Assembly: GCA_965200875.1 (NCBI GenBank)
Contig: OZ241456.1
Coordinates: forward strand, 576,001-640,000
Direction: 5' to 3'
From: Bdellovibrionales bacterium
GTDB taxonomy: Bacteria; Bdellovibrionota; Bdellovibrionia; Bdellovibrionales; UBA1609
DNA: 64,000 nt
The notes under the pieces are model-generated. The model was not told where the DNA came from. It did no database searches and worked only from the letters and a program-made list of their open reading frames with translations. How positions within the stretch are numbered: the first letter of the stretch is position 1; each line of letters begins with the position of its first letter. Of this stretch, positions 30,378 to 40,194 are shown one piece after another. The position numbers were made by a program, and so were the translations under genes.

Positions 30378-33020
30378 TTGCAACAACCTGTATTTTTAAA
30401 AGTATATCATTCAGGACAGCTGGTTGCTAACCGTCAATTTTTATCAGCTCAAGTCAGTATTGGAAGCAATCCTGATGGGCCTTCTTTGGTATTGGCTGAT
30501 TCCAGTGTTTATTTTTGGCATGCCTTAATTGAAAAAAGAGGCACTGATTATCATATTTCTGATCTGGGTTCTCCCACAGGAACTTTTGTTAATTCCAAAC
30601 CTGTTGTGGAGTCTTTGTTAAAACATGGAGATCAAATAAAAATTGGAGATTTTATAATCCAGTTTTTTATCAATGTGCCTTTTACCAAAGTTGGTCAAAA
30701 AATTGAAGGAACCACGCGCCAAAAAACTTCTGCTGTATCTTCTGAAAGGGCCTCTTTGCCGTCCGCACCCCCAGTGTCATCAGCTCCGCCCGCGCCCCCC
30801 GCTCCATCAGTTCCGGCTACGCCCCCAGTGTCATCAGTTCCGTCCGCGCCCCCATCATCCTCTCCACCGGAGTCGCCTGTGCCACTTTCTTCTGATCCAC
30901 TACCGGATTTAAAACAGGATATGCCTTCTGTACCACCTTCTTCCGAGAAAATATCAGCACCGCCGGAGTCGGTCGCGCCGTCCGTGCCACCATCAGTTCC
31001 GTCCGTGCCACCATCAGTTCCGCCTGCGTCACCAGTGTCATCAGTTCCGTCCGCGCCCCCATCAGTTCCGTCCGCGCCCCCAGTGTCATCAGTTCCGCCC
31101 GCGCCCCTTTCTTCTGATCCACTCCCGGATTTAAAACAGGATATGCCTTCTGTACCACCTTCTTCCGAGAAAATATCAGCTCCTCCGGAGTCGTCCGCTC
31201 CGCCCGCGCCCCCAGTGTCATCAGTTCCGTCCGCACCATCCGTTCCGTCCGCACCATCCGCCACCCCATCAGCTACACCCCCCCATTCTCCAAGAGATCT
31301 TGAGGGTTTAAAAATCCCTGATGAAGCTATAATCAGACCTTTAAAGAGATCGGAAAAACAGCAACAGAATATGGATAAAGAAACAGGTGTTAGTCCTTTG
31401 AAAAAGACAGAAGTTATTCCCTCATCTCCCGCTTCATCTGACAATAAAAGCAGTTCTTTTTACGAAACAGATGTAAAGCCAGTAAAATCGGATATTCCAA
31501 ATATTTCTCCAAAACAGAAAGTTCACGGGGTTTATGCTCCTAAAAGTGCAATTCAGAATTTAGATAAAAATATTCCCACCGGAAGTGGTCCTGTTGTGGA
31601 AGTCACTGTGGCCTGGAAAGAGAGGATTCTTTCCATGCACCACTTTAAAGATAACAATCAAACTGTTACTTTTGGTTCTCATTCCAGAGCAAAAATCTTT
31701 TGCCCAAACCTTCTGGGTAAACCAAGTTACAACTTGTTAAAAACAGGACAAGGAGCTTGTGTTTATTTATCTGATGGGGTTAAAGCTAGTGTGATAGATC
31801 ATAAAGGGGTTAAACATCCTTTTGAAAAATTAGTGGAAAAAGGGCTTGTGACGACTCAAGGTGCTGAACAGGTTCTTTCTTTAAATCAAAACCAACTTGT
31901 TCGTATGGACTTTTCTCCTTCTCTGTCTGTTTATGTTCGTTATTCAAATCGGGAGCAAACAGCCACACTTGCTGGTCTGTTTGATTTTAACTTTTCAGAA
32001 ATGATGGGCCTGATGATGTCTTTTTTCTTTATGTCCATGTTGTTTTTTTATCTGGCTATTTTTTCCCCTCAGTTTTTAGGGGACACAGAAGATCTGGAAG
32101 AAGAGGCAATCAAAACGGCCACTATTGAGTTTAAGAAGAAGCGGGTGGTAAAATTGAAACTGGCTGACAAATCCCGAAAAAAGAAAACAAAGCTTTCCAT
32201 ACCTCAAAAGCAAAAAGTTTCAAAGAAAAGGAAAAAAGTGGGCATTAAAAAACAAGGTGCTCCAGGACGTTTGGGGCAAGTTGCGGCCAAACCAATGGAA
32301 AAATCTAAAAAGAAAACTATTACTTCTGCTCGTCCGGGAGGTTCTGTCACTACTAAAAAAAGAGGAGCCGGGCCAAAAAGTCCTCGTCCTGATCCAACAA
32401 AAATTGGTTTGTTGGGGGTTTTTGGGAAAAAAGGTGCTCAGAAACAGCTGGATAAGGCTTACTCTGGAACTGGAGAATTGGCTGGTTTGGCTGAACAGGC
32501 AACAGGTCATGCTGGACAGGAAGATTCTTATGCCGGTGAGGGAATAGGCACTAAATTTAAAAATACAGGAGCAGGAGGAAAAGGCACAAACCTGATTGGC
32601 GTGTCTGCCGGCATTAAGACAAAAGGCCGGGGAGGAGGAGCCAGGGGTTATGGCACCGGTGGTAGCCTAGGTAAAAGAGGTATGGTTCAATTGGAATTAG
32701 GGACTTCTGACTGGGAAGTGGAAGGTGGAATAGATAAAAATGCTATTTTGAGAGTGATACGTCGTAACAAATATCAGCTAGAATCCTGTTATGAGTTTGC
32801 TTTACAAAAAAGACCTGACTTGGAAGGTAAAGTTCTGGTTCAATGGAATATAGTGAATGAAAGAGTAAGAAGTGCTAAAGTAAAAAGAAATACAACAAGA
32901 GACTCAGCTTTGGCTCGTTGTTTAATGGCCCGTTTGCGTAATTTTCGTTTTACAGGAACAGGTTTAAGAAAAGGACAAATAGGAGAAGTGACTATTCCGT
33001 TCGTGGTTACAAAAAAATAA
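30378..33020 (+). CDS. gltG: GltG/PglI-like protein: FHA, Pro/Ser linker, TM, Gly-rich region, TonB-C-like (AgmX/PglI) domain
   Basis: FHA (HALI..DLGSPTGTFVN), TM FFFMSMLFFYLAIF, C-terminal CYEFALQKRPDLEGKV..C. Confidence 0.82.
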   Translation: MQQPVFLKVYHSGQLVANRQFLSAQVSIGSNPDGPSLVLADSSVYFWHALIEKRGTDYHISDLGSPTGTFVNSKPVVESLLKHGDQIKIGDFIIQFFINVPFTKVGQKIEGTTRQKTSAVSSERASLPSAPPVSSAPPAPPAPSVPATPPVSSVPSAPPSSSPPESPVPLSSDPLPDLKQDMPSVPPSSEKISAPPESVAPSVPPSVPSVPPSVPPASPVSSVPSAPPSVPSAPPVSSVPPAPLSSDPLPDLKQDMPSVPPSSEKISAPPESSAPPAPPVSSVPSAPSVPSAPSATPSATPPHSPRDLEGLKIPDEAIIRPLKRSEKQQQNMDKETGVSPLKKTEVIPSSPASSDNKSSSFYETDVKPVKSDIPNISPKQKVHGVYAPKSAIQNLDKNIPTGSGPVVEVTVAWKERILSMHHFKDNNQTVTFGSHSRAKIFCPNLLGKPSYNLLKTGQGACVYLSDGVKASVIDHKGVKHPFEKLVEKGLVTTQGAEQVLSLNQNQLVRMDFSPSLSVYVRYSNREQTATLAGLFDFNFSEMMGLMMSFFFMSMLFFYLAIFSPQFLGDTEDLEEEAIKTATIEFKKKRVVKLKLADKSRKKKTKLSIPQKQKVSKKRKKVGIKKQGAPGRLGQVAAKPMEKSKKKTITSARPGGSVTTKKRGAGPKSPRPDPTKIGLLGVFGKKGAQKQLDKAYSGTGELAGLAEQATGHAGQEDSYAGEGIGTKFKNTGAGGKGTNLIGVSAGIKTKGRGGGARGYGTGGSLGKRGMVQLELGTSDWEVEGGIDKNAILRVIRRNKYQLESCYEFALQKRPDLEGKVLVQWNIVNERVRSAKVKRNTTRDSALARCLMARLRNFRFTGTGLRKGQIGEVTIPFVVTKK
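30755..31290 (+). repeat. GC-rich Pro/Ser coding repeats with an ~87-bp duplication at 222-bp spacing
   Basis: 30885-30971 matches 31107-31193; many catcagttccg units. Confidence 0.85.
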
Positions 33021-33038
33021 AAAACAGGAGGTGTTACC

Positions 33039-33734
33039 TTGGAAGAAAAAACTTTAGAAATGATACATAAATGTGAATCCGCTGGGAACTTTATCAGCAA
33101 AGCTTTTTGCGAAGGGGGAACCGCGATGTACTTTATCGCGGCGGTGGGTTTTTTGGTGATTTTTCTCATTATTGAAAGATTTTTAAGTTTAAAATCATTG
33201 GTTTTGAATAAGAGTAATGTGTGTGAAAATCTGTTTGGGTTGTTGCTTCAAGGGAATATCCGACAGGCTATTGCGTTTTGTGATACCACACCAGCACCTC
33301 TTACAGAAACTTTAAAAGCTGGCCTGATTAAAGTTATAGAAAAAAGACCGGATGAGGAAGTGCAAGTGGCAATGGATGCAGCTGTTTTGCGTGTCACTCC
33401 TCGTATAGAAGGCTGGGCTTCTTTTTTGGCAGTTTTTGGAAATATAAGTGTGTTGATAGGTCTTTTGGGGACTATTATTGGTTTAATTAAGTCTTTTGGC
33501 GGTGTGGCTGAAGCGGATGCGGCAACTAAAGCGGCTGTTTTGTCGACGGGTATTTCTGAAGCTCTGAATTGCACGGCTTTTGGTTTAGCAGTGGCTATTG
33601 TGGCTATTACGGCTTATGGTTTTTTTCAGATCAGAATTGGTCGTGCTACGAATGATTTGCTGGAAACCTCAATGGAATTAATGAATCGGATAGTTTCCAA
33701 TAGGGATAAAATTCACGATAAATCAGACCAATAA
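33039..33734 (+). CDS. aglR: MotA/TolQ/ExbB proton channel (AglR-like)
   Basis: LIGLLGTIIGLI..F, GISEALNCTAFGL. Confidence 0.85.
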   Translation: MEEKTLEMIHKCESAGNFISKAFCEGGTAMYFIAAVGFLVIFLIIERFLSLKSLVLNKSNVCENLFGLLLQGNIRQAIAFCDTTPAPLTETLKAGLIKVIEKRPDEEVQVAMDAAVLRVTPRIEGWASFLAVFGNISVLIGLLGTIIGLIKSFGGVAEADAATKAAVLSTGISEALNCTAFGLAVAIVAITAYGFFQIRIGRATNDLLETSMELMNRIVSNRDKIHDKSDQ

Positions 33735-33812
33735 GGTTTTTTAGCCTTTGTGGATTATTAAATGGAGAGAGCGACAATAGCTCTGAATATATAATAAAAA
33801 AAAGGTGGTTTT

Positions 33813-34286
33813 ATGGCTCATGTGGAAGAAACAGGTGATAAGAAGAGTATAGCTGTCGAGTTAAATCTTGTGCCTTTTATTGATTTAATGAGTGTGTGTA
33901 TTATATTTTTGCTCATCACGGCTGTTTGGACTCAAATTTCCATGATTCAGCTGGGAAGTTCTCTTTATTCCAAAAAAACAGAGGCAACGGCTTTGGAAGA
34001 GCCTCCTCTTGGTGCGGATATTCCTTTTCGTGTAAATGTGTTGGAAACCGGTTTTGAGATTTTAATTGGCAAGGAGCGGATAAATATTCCTCGGCAAGGT
34101 AGAAAGTACAATGAAAGGACTTTGCTTAAAGAAATTAGAAAAATCAAGTTGGTTTATCCTGAGAAAAAAGATGCTATAGTGGCTTCCCGTGATCGTGTGA
34201 AATATGAATATGTTGTAGGGGCGATGGATGCACTTTTAAACGGGGGTTTTCCTGAAGTAGTTATCGCCACGGGGGAGATGTTGTAA
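33813..34286 (+). CDS. ExbD/TolR family (AglQ/AglS-like)
   Basis: ELNLVPFIDLMS..IIFLL with the conserved Asp. Confidence 0.88.
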   Translation: MAHVEETGDKKSIAVELNLVPFIDLMSVCIIFLLITAVWTQISMIQLGSSLYSKKTEATALEEPPLGADIPFRVNVLETGFEILIGKERINIPRQGRKYNERTLLKEIRKIKLVYPEKKDAIVASRDRVKYEYVVGAMDALLNGGFPEVVIATGEML

Positions 34287-34855
34287 TGCCTATTCATGTT
34301 CCTGGTAAAAGAGCCAAAGGAAGAAGAAAAATATTGGGAGGCAAGAGAAATGTAGTGGCCGTTTTACAGCTGACGGCTATGGTGGATATGTTCACTGTTT
34401 TAGTGGTGTTCTTACTACAAAACTATGCTTCCACTAATCAGATTTTGCCTATATCCGATCAAATTGCTCTCCCGCAGGCATCCACTGTTAAGGAGTTAAA
34501 ACCTTCTTTTGTTGTTGTGTTGTCGAAAGAATTTGTTTCCTTTAATGAAAAAAAATTGGCGACTTTTCAAGATGTGCAAAATAACACAGATTGGGTCATT
34601 GTCCCTTTGTTGGAATCCGTTAAAGCTGCGATCGACAAATTAAACCAGGAAAATAAAAGTGTGAGCAGAAAAGATGAAACGGGAGCGGATGTGCCACCTT
34701 TTCAGTATAAAATGACTTTGCAGGCAGATAAGGATATTGATTTTCTCTCTGTGAAAAAAATTCTTTATACTTTGACAGAAGCAGGTGTGCAGGAAATAAA
34801 TTTTGCGGTTATTAAAGTAAAATCAGAAGATAAATATGGTTTTGTAAATCCATAA
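34286..34855 (+). CDS. ExbD/TolR family (AglQ/AglS-like)
   Basis: LQLTAMVDMFTVLVVFLL; LQADKD..F..VKK..YT...AG. Confidence 0.88.
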   Translation: MPIHVPGKRAKGRRKILGGKRNVVAVLQLTAMVDMFTVLVVFLLQNYASTNQILPISDQIALPQASTVKELKPSFVVVLSKEFVSFNEKKLATFQDVQNNTDWVIVPLLESVKAAIDKLNQENKSVSRKDETGADVPPFQYKMTLQADKDIDFLSVKKILYTLTEAGVQEINFAVIKVKSEDKYGFVNP

Positions 34856-34856
34856 A

Positions 34857-36155
34857 ATGATCAATATTCATAATTTAATGTCTGTATTCAGTCGGCACGA
34901 TAACTGGCCGGAAGTAAAAAAAATTATTTTAACTTTAAATCAAAATGGTTTTATGGCTTATCTGGCAGGTGGCTGTGTCAGGGACGCATTATTGAACAGG
35001 ACTCCCAAGGACTTTGATGTTGCCACTTCTGCCCGCACAGAAGAAGTTTTGCGTATGTTTCCGAAAGGCAATAAGCAGGGAAAAGCTTTTGGTGTGGTTG
35101 CCGTTTTTTGTTCAAAAGGTTCGGTGGAGGTGGCTACTTTTAGAAAAGATGGTCCTTATGCAGATGGACGACACCCACAATATGTGGAGTTTTTATCTGA
35201 CAGAGAAGATGCTTTAAGAAGGGACTTTACTGTTAATGCTCTTTTTTATGATATAAAAACAGACAAGGTAATTGATTATGTTGGCGGAGTTGCAGATCTG
35301 AAAAAAAAGATTATCAGAACTGTTGGAAAACCAGAACAACGTTTTCAGGAAGATCATTTAAGAATTTTGCGCGCACTTCGGTTCAGCATTAAACTGGATT
35401 TTGCAATAGAAAAAATTACGAAAAAAGCCGTGTTTAAAAAGAAGGACGCACTTTTAAAAATATCCCGTGAAAGAGTTTATGAAGAGTGCCTTAAAATATT
35501 AAAATCCGGGAATTTTACAAGAGCACTTTCCGGTTTTAAAGATTTGAACTTATTGAACAATTTTCTTTTTCCCGTTATTTCTGTCTCTGAACAGACTTTT
35601 AATAATAAAGAAATTAACTGGGATTTTTGCAGGGAATTTTGTAATCAGCCTGTTCCTGTTGAATTAATGAGGGAAAAAAGCTTTCTTTGGATTTATGTGT
35701 TTTTCCCTGTGTTAATTCAAACAGAAAATGAAAAATGGAAAAAAGCATTTAGTGATAATTTGAAAAACTGGAAGTTTCCTTCTGCTTTGATAAGAGAAGT
35801 GAATGAAATTTTTTATTCGTCTTGTTGTATATTGGGTTTTCAGTCAGCTTCTTTTGGAAAAAAATTAAGAATACTGAACTCTGATTTTTCACGAAGTATT
35901 TTATTTTTATGCAAAAACCATTTAAAAGCTAGGAAATTGTATCAACAAGCTAGGGATATTAATACACTGGAAAAAGAGTTTATATCGAGAGCACCGGAAG
36001 GGAAATTACCCAAGCCTCTTATCAACGGAAATGATCTTAAAGCTTTGGGGATCCTGGAGGATAAAAATATGGCTCATATTTTGGAGAGCCTCTATGACAA
36101 ACAGCTGGAGCGAAAAATCACGGAAAAGGAAATTTTGCTGGAAACATTGAAGTGA
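34857..36155 (+). CDS. cca: tRNA nucleotidyltransferase (CCA family)
   Basis: GGCVRDALL, DFDVAT, EVATFR, RRDFTVNA, EDHLRILRA. Confidence 0.92.
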   Translation: MINIHNLMSVFSRHDNWPEVKKIILTLNQNGFMAYLAGGCVRDALLNRTPKDFDVATSARTEEVLRMFPKGNKQGKAFGVVAVFCSKGSVEVATFRKDGPYADGRHPQYVEFLSDREDALRRDFTVNALFYDIKTDKVIDYVGGVADLKKKIIRTVGKPEQRFQEDHLRILRALRFSIKLDFAIEKITKKAVFKKKDALLKISRERVYEECLKILKSGNFTRALSGFKDLNLLNNFLFPVISVSEQTFNNKEINWDFCREFCNQPVPVELMREKSFLWIYVFFPVLIQTENEKWKKAFSDNLKNWKFPSALIREVNEIFYSSCCILGFQSASFGKKLRILNSDFSRSILFLCKNHLKARKLYQQARDINTLEKEFISRAPEGKLPKPLINGNDLKALGILEDKNMAHILESLYDKQLERKITEKEILLETLK

Positions 36156-37318
36156 AAAAAGAATGTGTTGAAACTGTAAACATAAAAAGTCCCACGAGAA
36201 TTGATTTAGCAGGTGGGTTTTTGGATATTTGGCCTGTTCATGCCTTGATACAGGATTGTTTTGTGGTTAATTGCTCCATTCCTGTATTTACTTTTGTCAA
36301 TTTATCATATTCAAAATCTGAAGATCATAAAATCCGATATGTGAACACCCATAAAAAAAAAGGGGGTACTCAAATAAATATAGAGATTTCCTCTCCTTCT
36401 GGTCTATACAGAAAATCTTTTTTTGGTTGGAATAAATTATTGGAAGAGCCACAGCCTGAATTGGATTTGTTGAAAAAACATATAGAGTATTGGAGTGGTT
36501 TTAAATGTAAAACCTTTGGGTCGGAAAATCCACAATCATTCAGGCTGAATCGTGAATGGGAGCAAAAGAAAGCTCAGATTGAAAGCTTTAGTCCAAAAAG
36601 TGACAATAGAGAAAGTGAAGAATGGACGATTTGTTTAAAATCAGACTCACCAGTAGGAGGGGGGTTGGGAGCTAGTTCCAGTTTGTGCATAAGCCTTGTA
36701 CAAGCCTTTGGTTCTTTGTTTAATCTTCAGTTTACACAACTGGAGTTATTGTCTCTTTGTCGGGATTTGGAAACTTCTCTTCTGCATGCTCCAGCTGGTA
36801 TTCAGGATTATATTCCCGCAATGGAGACAAAACCTGATTTTATGTATATCATCGAATGTTCTCCCTTTGGACCTAAGTGGAAAAAAAAAGAAACTCCCTT
36901 GGAATTTTTCAAAGAGCATCTGTTACTGGTGGATACGGGTAAAAGTCATCATTCTGGAGATAATAACTGGCAAAATCTGAAAAAAGTGATGGAAAAAGAT
37001 CAAACAATTTTGCGGGGGCTGAATCAGCTCAGGGATAATGCCTTAAAAACTGCTGAGCTTTGTGAAATGGAAAACTGGTCTGATTTATTTGCCTGTTTAA
37101 ACAGGGAGCAGAAGTTAAGAGAAAAACTTTTTTCCAACTGGCTTGGCACTCATGTAAACTCTGTTATCAGCTTGGTTCAGGAAGCAGGAGCACGGGCTGT
37201 AAAACTGTGCGGCGCAGGAGGAGGAGGCTCTCTTATTGTACTGGCAAAGAGCAAAAAAAATAAAAAACATATTGAACATATCTGTAAAAAAAATCAAATC
37301 ACGGTTGTAATGGGTTAG
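36152..37318 (+). CDS. GHMP-family sugar kinase (HddA/galactokinase-like)
   Basis: PTRIDLAGG, PVGGGLGASSS, GIQDY, KLCGAGGGG. Confidence 0.85.
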   Translation: MKKECVETVNIKSPTRIDLAGGFLDIWPVHALIQDCFVVNCSIPVFTFVNLSYSKSEDHKIRYVNTHKKKGGTQINIEISSPSGLYRKSFFGWNKLLEEPQPELDLLKKHIEYWSGFKCKTFGSENPQSFRLNREWEQKKAQIESFSPKSDNRESEEWTICLKSDSPVGGGLGASSSLCISLVQAFGSLFNLQFTQLELLSLCRDLETSLLHAPAGIQDYIPAMETKPDFMYIIECSPFGPKWKKKETPLEFFKEHLLLVDTGKSHHSGDNNWQNLKKVMEKDQTILRGLNQLRDNALKTAELCEMENWSDLFACLNREQKLREKLFSNWLGTHVNSVISLVQEAGARAVKLCGAGGGGSLIVLAKSKKNKKHIEHICKKNQITVVMG

Positions 37319-37330
37319 TATCAGAGGATT

Positions 37331-38491
37331 TTAAACTTTATGGCTTTTTCGGTGATACTCGCTTTTTTGCTTTTGAAAAGTGCGCACAGATTGAAGGTTA
37401 AAAAGAGAATTTGTATTTGTTATCTTTGAGGGAAGATTATCTGCCGTAGCCAGCCAGTTTTCCTTGTCTTCCATACACAAAAACAAATTCCACTGAGAGG
37501 ATTTTTTTTTAAATGCAGAAAAAATAAAACGAAACATTTTTTGCCTTAATTCGTTGTCGTATCTGAGTTTACCATCACGGCTTTTAAAGTATTCTCCTTT
37601 TGTAACGAGAGAACGCATACCAAATCTTTCTCTCATTAAATGTCTTTGTTCAGGTTGAAAGCGCAAAGCTCCCAGAGAAATATGAGCAACCTCTTCTGGT
37701 CGAAACAAGGAGGTAATTTGACAAACCATATCTGAGTAATTTGCTTTCCAAGCTTTATGGTAAATTATGGGATCTATGTGAAAGGCCACAGGAAATCCTT
37801 TGTCTCGGCAGAGCCGTGCTGAACCAAGACGCGCGTTTAAACAGGCTGTGCTGTGTTCCTCTTTTTCAATAATGTGCTGAGGATTTAAAGACCAGCTGAC
37901 AATAACATTTCCGCCATGTTCCTGATGGACAAAATTTTTAATGTTGGCGGACTTTGTCTTAAACTCCAAAGTCCAATGAGAATATTTTTTAAAGTAATTT
38001 ACCAGTCGTCTGGAATACAAGGTAATATCATCTAGGCTAAGGCTGTCTGTTAATTCTCCTGTGCCTATACGGAGTTTATGCTCTTTCATGGTTTTTGCTA
38101 TTTCCGATAATTCATTCAGGGCGGATTCAATGTTGGTGTAAATAGTTACAAAAGGAAAATTAATCAGATCTTGAAGATAACAATAAGAGCAGTCCATTTC
38201 ACAATGTTGCCCCAGATTGAGAACAAAATAATTACAGCAGATAAGTCCCGGTCGCGCCCCCGGACATCTTTTAAAAAACTTTCCCTTGAAGGAGCAAAGC
38301 AAAAGATTTTTTTTACTTTGGTTGAATTGAACCGCACTCATACGTGCAATATTTTTCAACTCAGACTTACTGTTGATAATATGGACACAGTTTTCAGGAT
38401 ATATTTTTAAAACTCTTTTCGCACTGTCAGAGGAAAGAGAGTCTTTTTCAATATAAATATTTTCAAAGGTGTTTAAAAGTGTTTGTGTCAT
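37331..38491 (-). CDS. Spore photoproduct lyase-like radical SAM protein
   Basis: CEMDCSYC motif; GELTDSL, EFKTKS, SWSLNP, HIDPII. Confidence 0.85.
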   Translation of the reverse strand: MTQTLLNTFENIYIEKDSLSSDSAKRVLKIYPENCVHIINSKSELKNIARMSAVQFNQSKKNLLLCSFKGKFFKRCPGARPGLICCNYFVLNLGQHCEMDCSYCYLQDLINFPFVTIYTNIESALNELSEIAKTMKEHKLRIGTGELTDSLSLDDITLYSRRLVNYFKKYSHWTLEFKTKSANIKNFVHQEHGGNVIVSWSLNPQHIIEKEEHSTACLNARLGSARLCRDKGFPVAFHIDPIIYHKAWKANYSDMVCQITSLFRPEEVAHISLGALRFQPEQRHLMRERFGMRSLVTKGEYFKSRDGKLRYDNELRQKMFRFIFSAFKKKSSQWNLFLCMEDKENWLATADNLPSKITNTNSLFNLQSVRTFQKQKSEYHRKSHKV

Positions 38492-38511
38492 TTTTTAATG
38501 AAATACCTCAA

Positions 38512-39348
38512 TTATGTATTTGATTCTTTTTCAGTGGGTTTTAATTTTTCGAATACAGGAAAAAGGTTAATTTTTTCTGTTTTTTCTTTCAGTTCTTTTT
38601 GGTTTTGACACCATATTTTGATTTCCAGACCAGTTTTATCTCCTTTTCTGCGCCACTCAGCTCTGACCTGAGCCGGCCAGGGTATTTTTCTTAAATTTTC
38701 TCTTTTTATTTGATCTTGAGAAAAGGTAAGAGGTTTTCGTTTTTGCTCTATAAACTGTATAGCGGATTCCGGTGAGATATTTTGAATATCTGGAGAAAGA
38801 ATTTCATTAGGCGAAAAGCCCATAAGTAACAGTTCTACTCCTGATTCCATAGCTTTCAGGCCAAGAGAATGGGAAACATCACACTTACCAATCCATTCCA
38901 GCAAAAAATATATCTGTTTTGGACTTTCTAGGGAATTAAGTATACGCAGTTCATTCAGGTGAATAGCTTTTTTATTAGTCCAGTTTTGAAAGGCAAATGG
39001 GGTGGAGATAAATATTTTCAGCTGCTTGATTAAAAAGTCTGGGTCTTGGTTTAAACCATATAAAGTTAAAAAGTCTTTCCATGAAAAAGATAGTTTTTTC
39101 TCTTGTTTGCTCCATTTTGAAATAATTCGTCCTAACTCTGATAAATTAAGCTGAGGGTGACAGGTGTGAAATAAGTGTAAAAACTGCACTGTATCAGCCG
39201 TGAAATTCAGGACAGATTGGCTTATATGGGTAAAACCAGCCATAATTGTTTTTTCCCAAGCGAAAGCAGGCCAGCTTTTTGGCCAGGGTTTTTCAGGCTG
39301 AAAATCCAGTGATTTTTGACATTCTTGGTACGGGACTAAATTCATCAC
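38512..39348 (-). CDS. Hypothetical protein
   Basis: 278 aa ORF with RBS gaggt, co-oriented with the radical SAM gene. Confidence 0.65.
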   Translation of the reverse strand: MMNLVPYQECQKSLDFQPEKPWPKSWPAFAWEKTIMAGFTHISQSVLNFTADTVQFLHLFHTCHPQLNLSELGRIISKWSKQEKKLSFSWKDFLTLYGLNQDPDFLIKQLKIFISTPFAFQNWTNKKAIHLNELRILNSLESPKQIYFLLEWIGKCDVSHSLGLKAMESGVELLLMGFSPNEILSPDIQNISPESAIQFIEQKRKPLTFSQDQIKRENLRKIPWPAQVRAEWRRKGDKTGLEIKIWCQNQKELKEKTEKINLFPVFEKLKPTEKESNT

Positions 39349-39448
39349 AAAAATTTACCTCTTTTGCTTTCTTAAGTAAAATAAAAAAGACCTGTCCTTG
39401 CTTTAAATAAGTTTTTTTGTTAGTTTTTTTCTGAAAGGGGTATTTTTA

Positions 39449-40180
39449 ATGAAAGTACATATAATTTTTGCCTTCTTATTTTGTTTTGCACATTTTCCAG
39501 CAAATGCTCAATCGGTTTCAGCTCAAGGGAAAGATGTGAGCGTTGATTCTGATATAATACACATTTATAAATATGATTCTGATTGGGAAAATTGCGACAA
39601 GCCTATTATGGAATCTTGGCATGCACACGAAATACTTGAAGCTGAGGGAGTGATTGTATTTGCCATTGGTTCAGGGTATGATGGTCTTGTGTATTCCATA
39701 GAGGAATGGGGCTGTGGAAGTGACCCCACTAGGATTCATATTTTTTCTATAGAAAGAAAAAACCTCGAAATCGCACAGAGACTGGGTTTTGAGTATTGTT
39801 CAGATCTGGAAGACAAAGGCGGGAAATGTCATTTTATATCCTATTCGGATCTTAACCCTGAAAATAAATCGCGGGCGCATGTGAGTATTTATAAACCTTC
39901 TGGGCAAACATTGTGCCAGCCGGATTCCGGAAAAAGTGTTAACGATATGGAAGAGGAATTGACTTCTGCCCGGATTGTTGTTTACCAAAGATATTCAGCC
40001 GTTGATGGACTTTCTTATCCTCTTGTATGTGGTGGTGGTACGGAACATATTAATGTGTATGTTATAGAGAAACAACGTTTGGAGCATAGTAAAGTAATGG
40101 GGTTTCGTGAATGCGCTTGGTTGAGTATGCAAGGTGGTGGATGTTTTCCTGTAAATTCCATGATGTATAGTAAAAATTAA
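39449..40180 (+). CDS. Secreted protein with two tandem Cys-containing domains
   Basis: Signal peptide; repeated IYK...C...DG....CG......I..F/Y.IE.......GF..C. Confidence 0.7.
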   Translation: MKVHIIFAFLFCFAHFPANAQSVSAQGKDVSVDSDIIHIYKYDSDWENCDKPIMESWHAHEILEAEGVIVFAIGSGYDGLVYSIEEWGCGSDPTRIHIFSIERKNLEIAQRLGFEYCSDLEDKGGKCHFISYSDLNPENKSRAHVSIYKPSGQTLCQPDSGKSVNDMEEELTSARIVVYQRYSAVDGLSYPLVCGGGTEHINVYVIEKQRLEHSKVMGFRECAWLSMQGGGCFPVNSMMYSKN

Positions 40181-40194
40181 ACCAAGGAGTTCAG

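Noticed and set aside
30673..31444. Alternative-frame and antisense ORFs over the GltG linker
   Set aside because: Shadow ORFs caused by GC-rich, stop-poor repeats.
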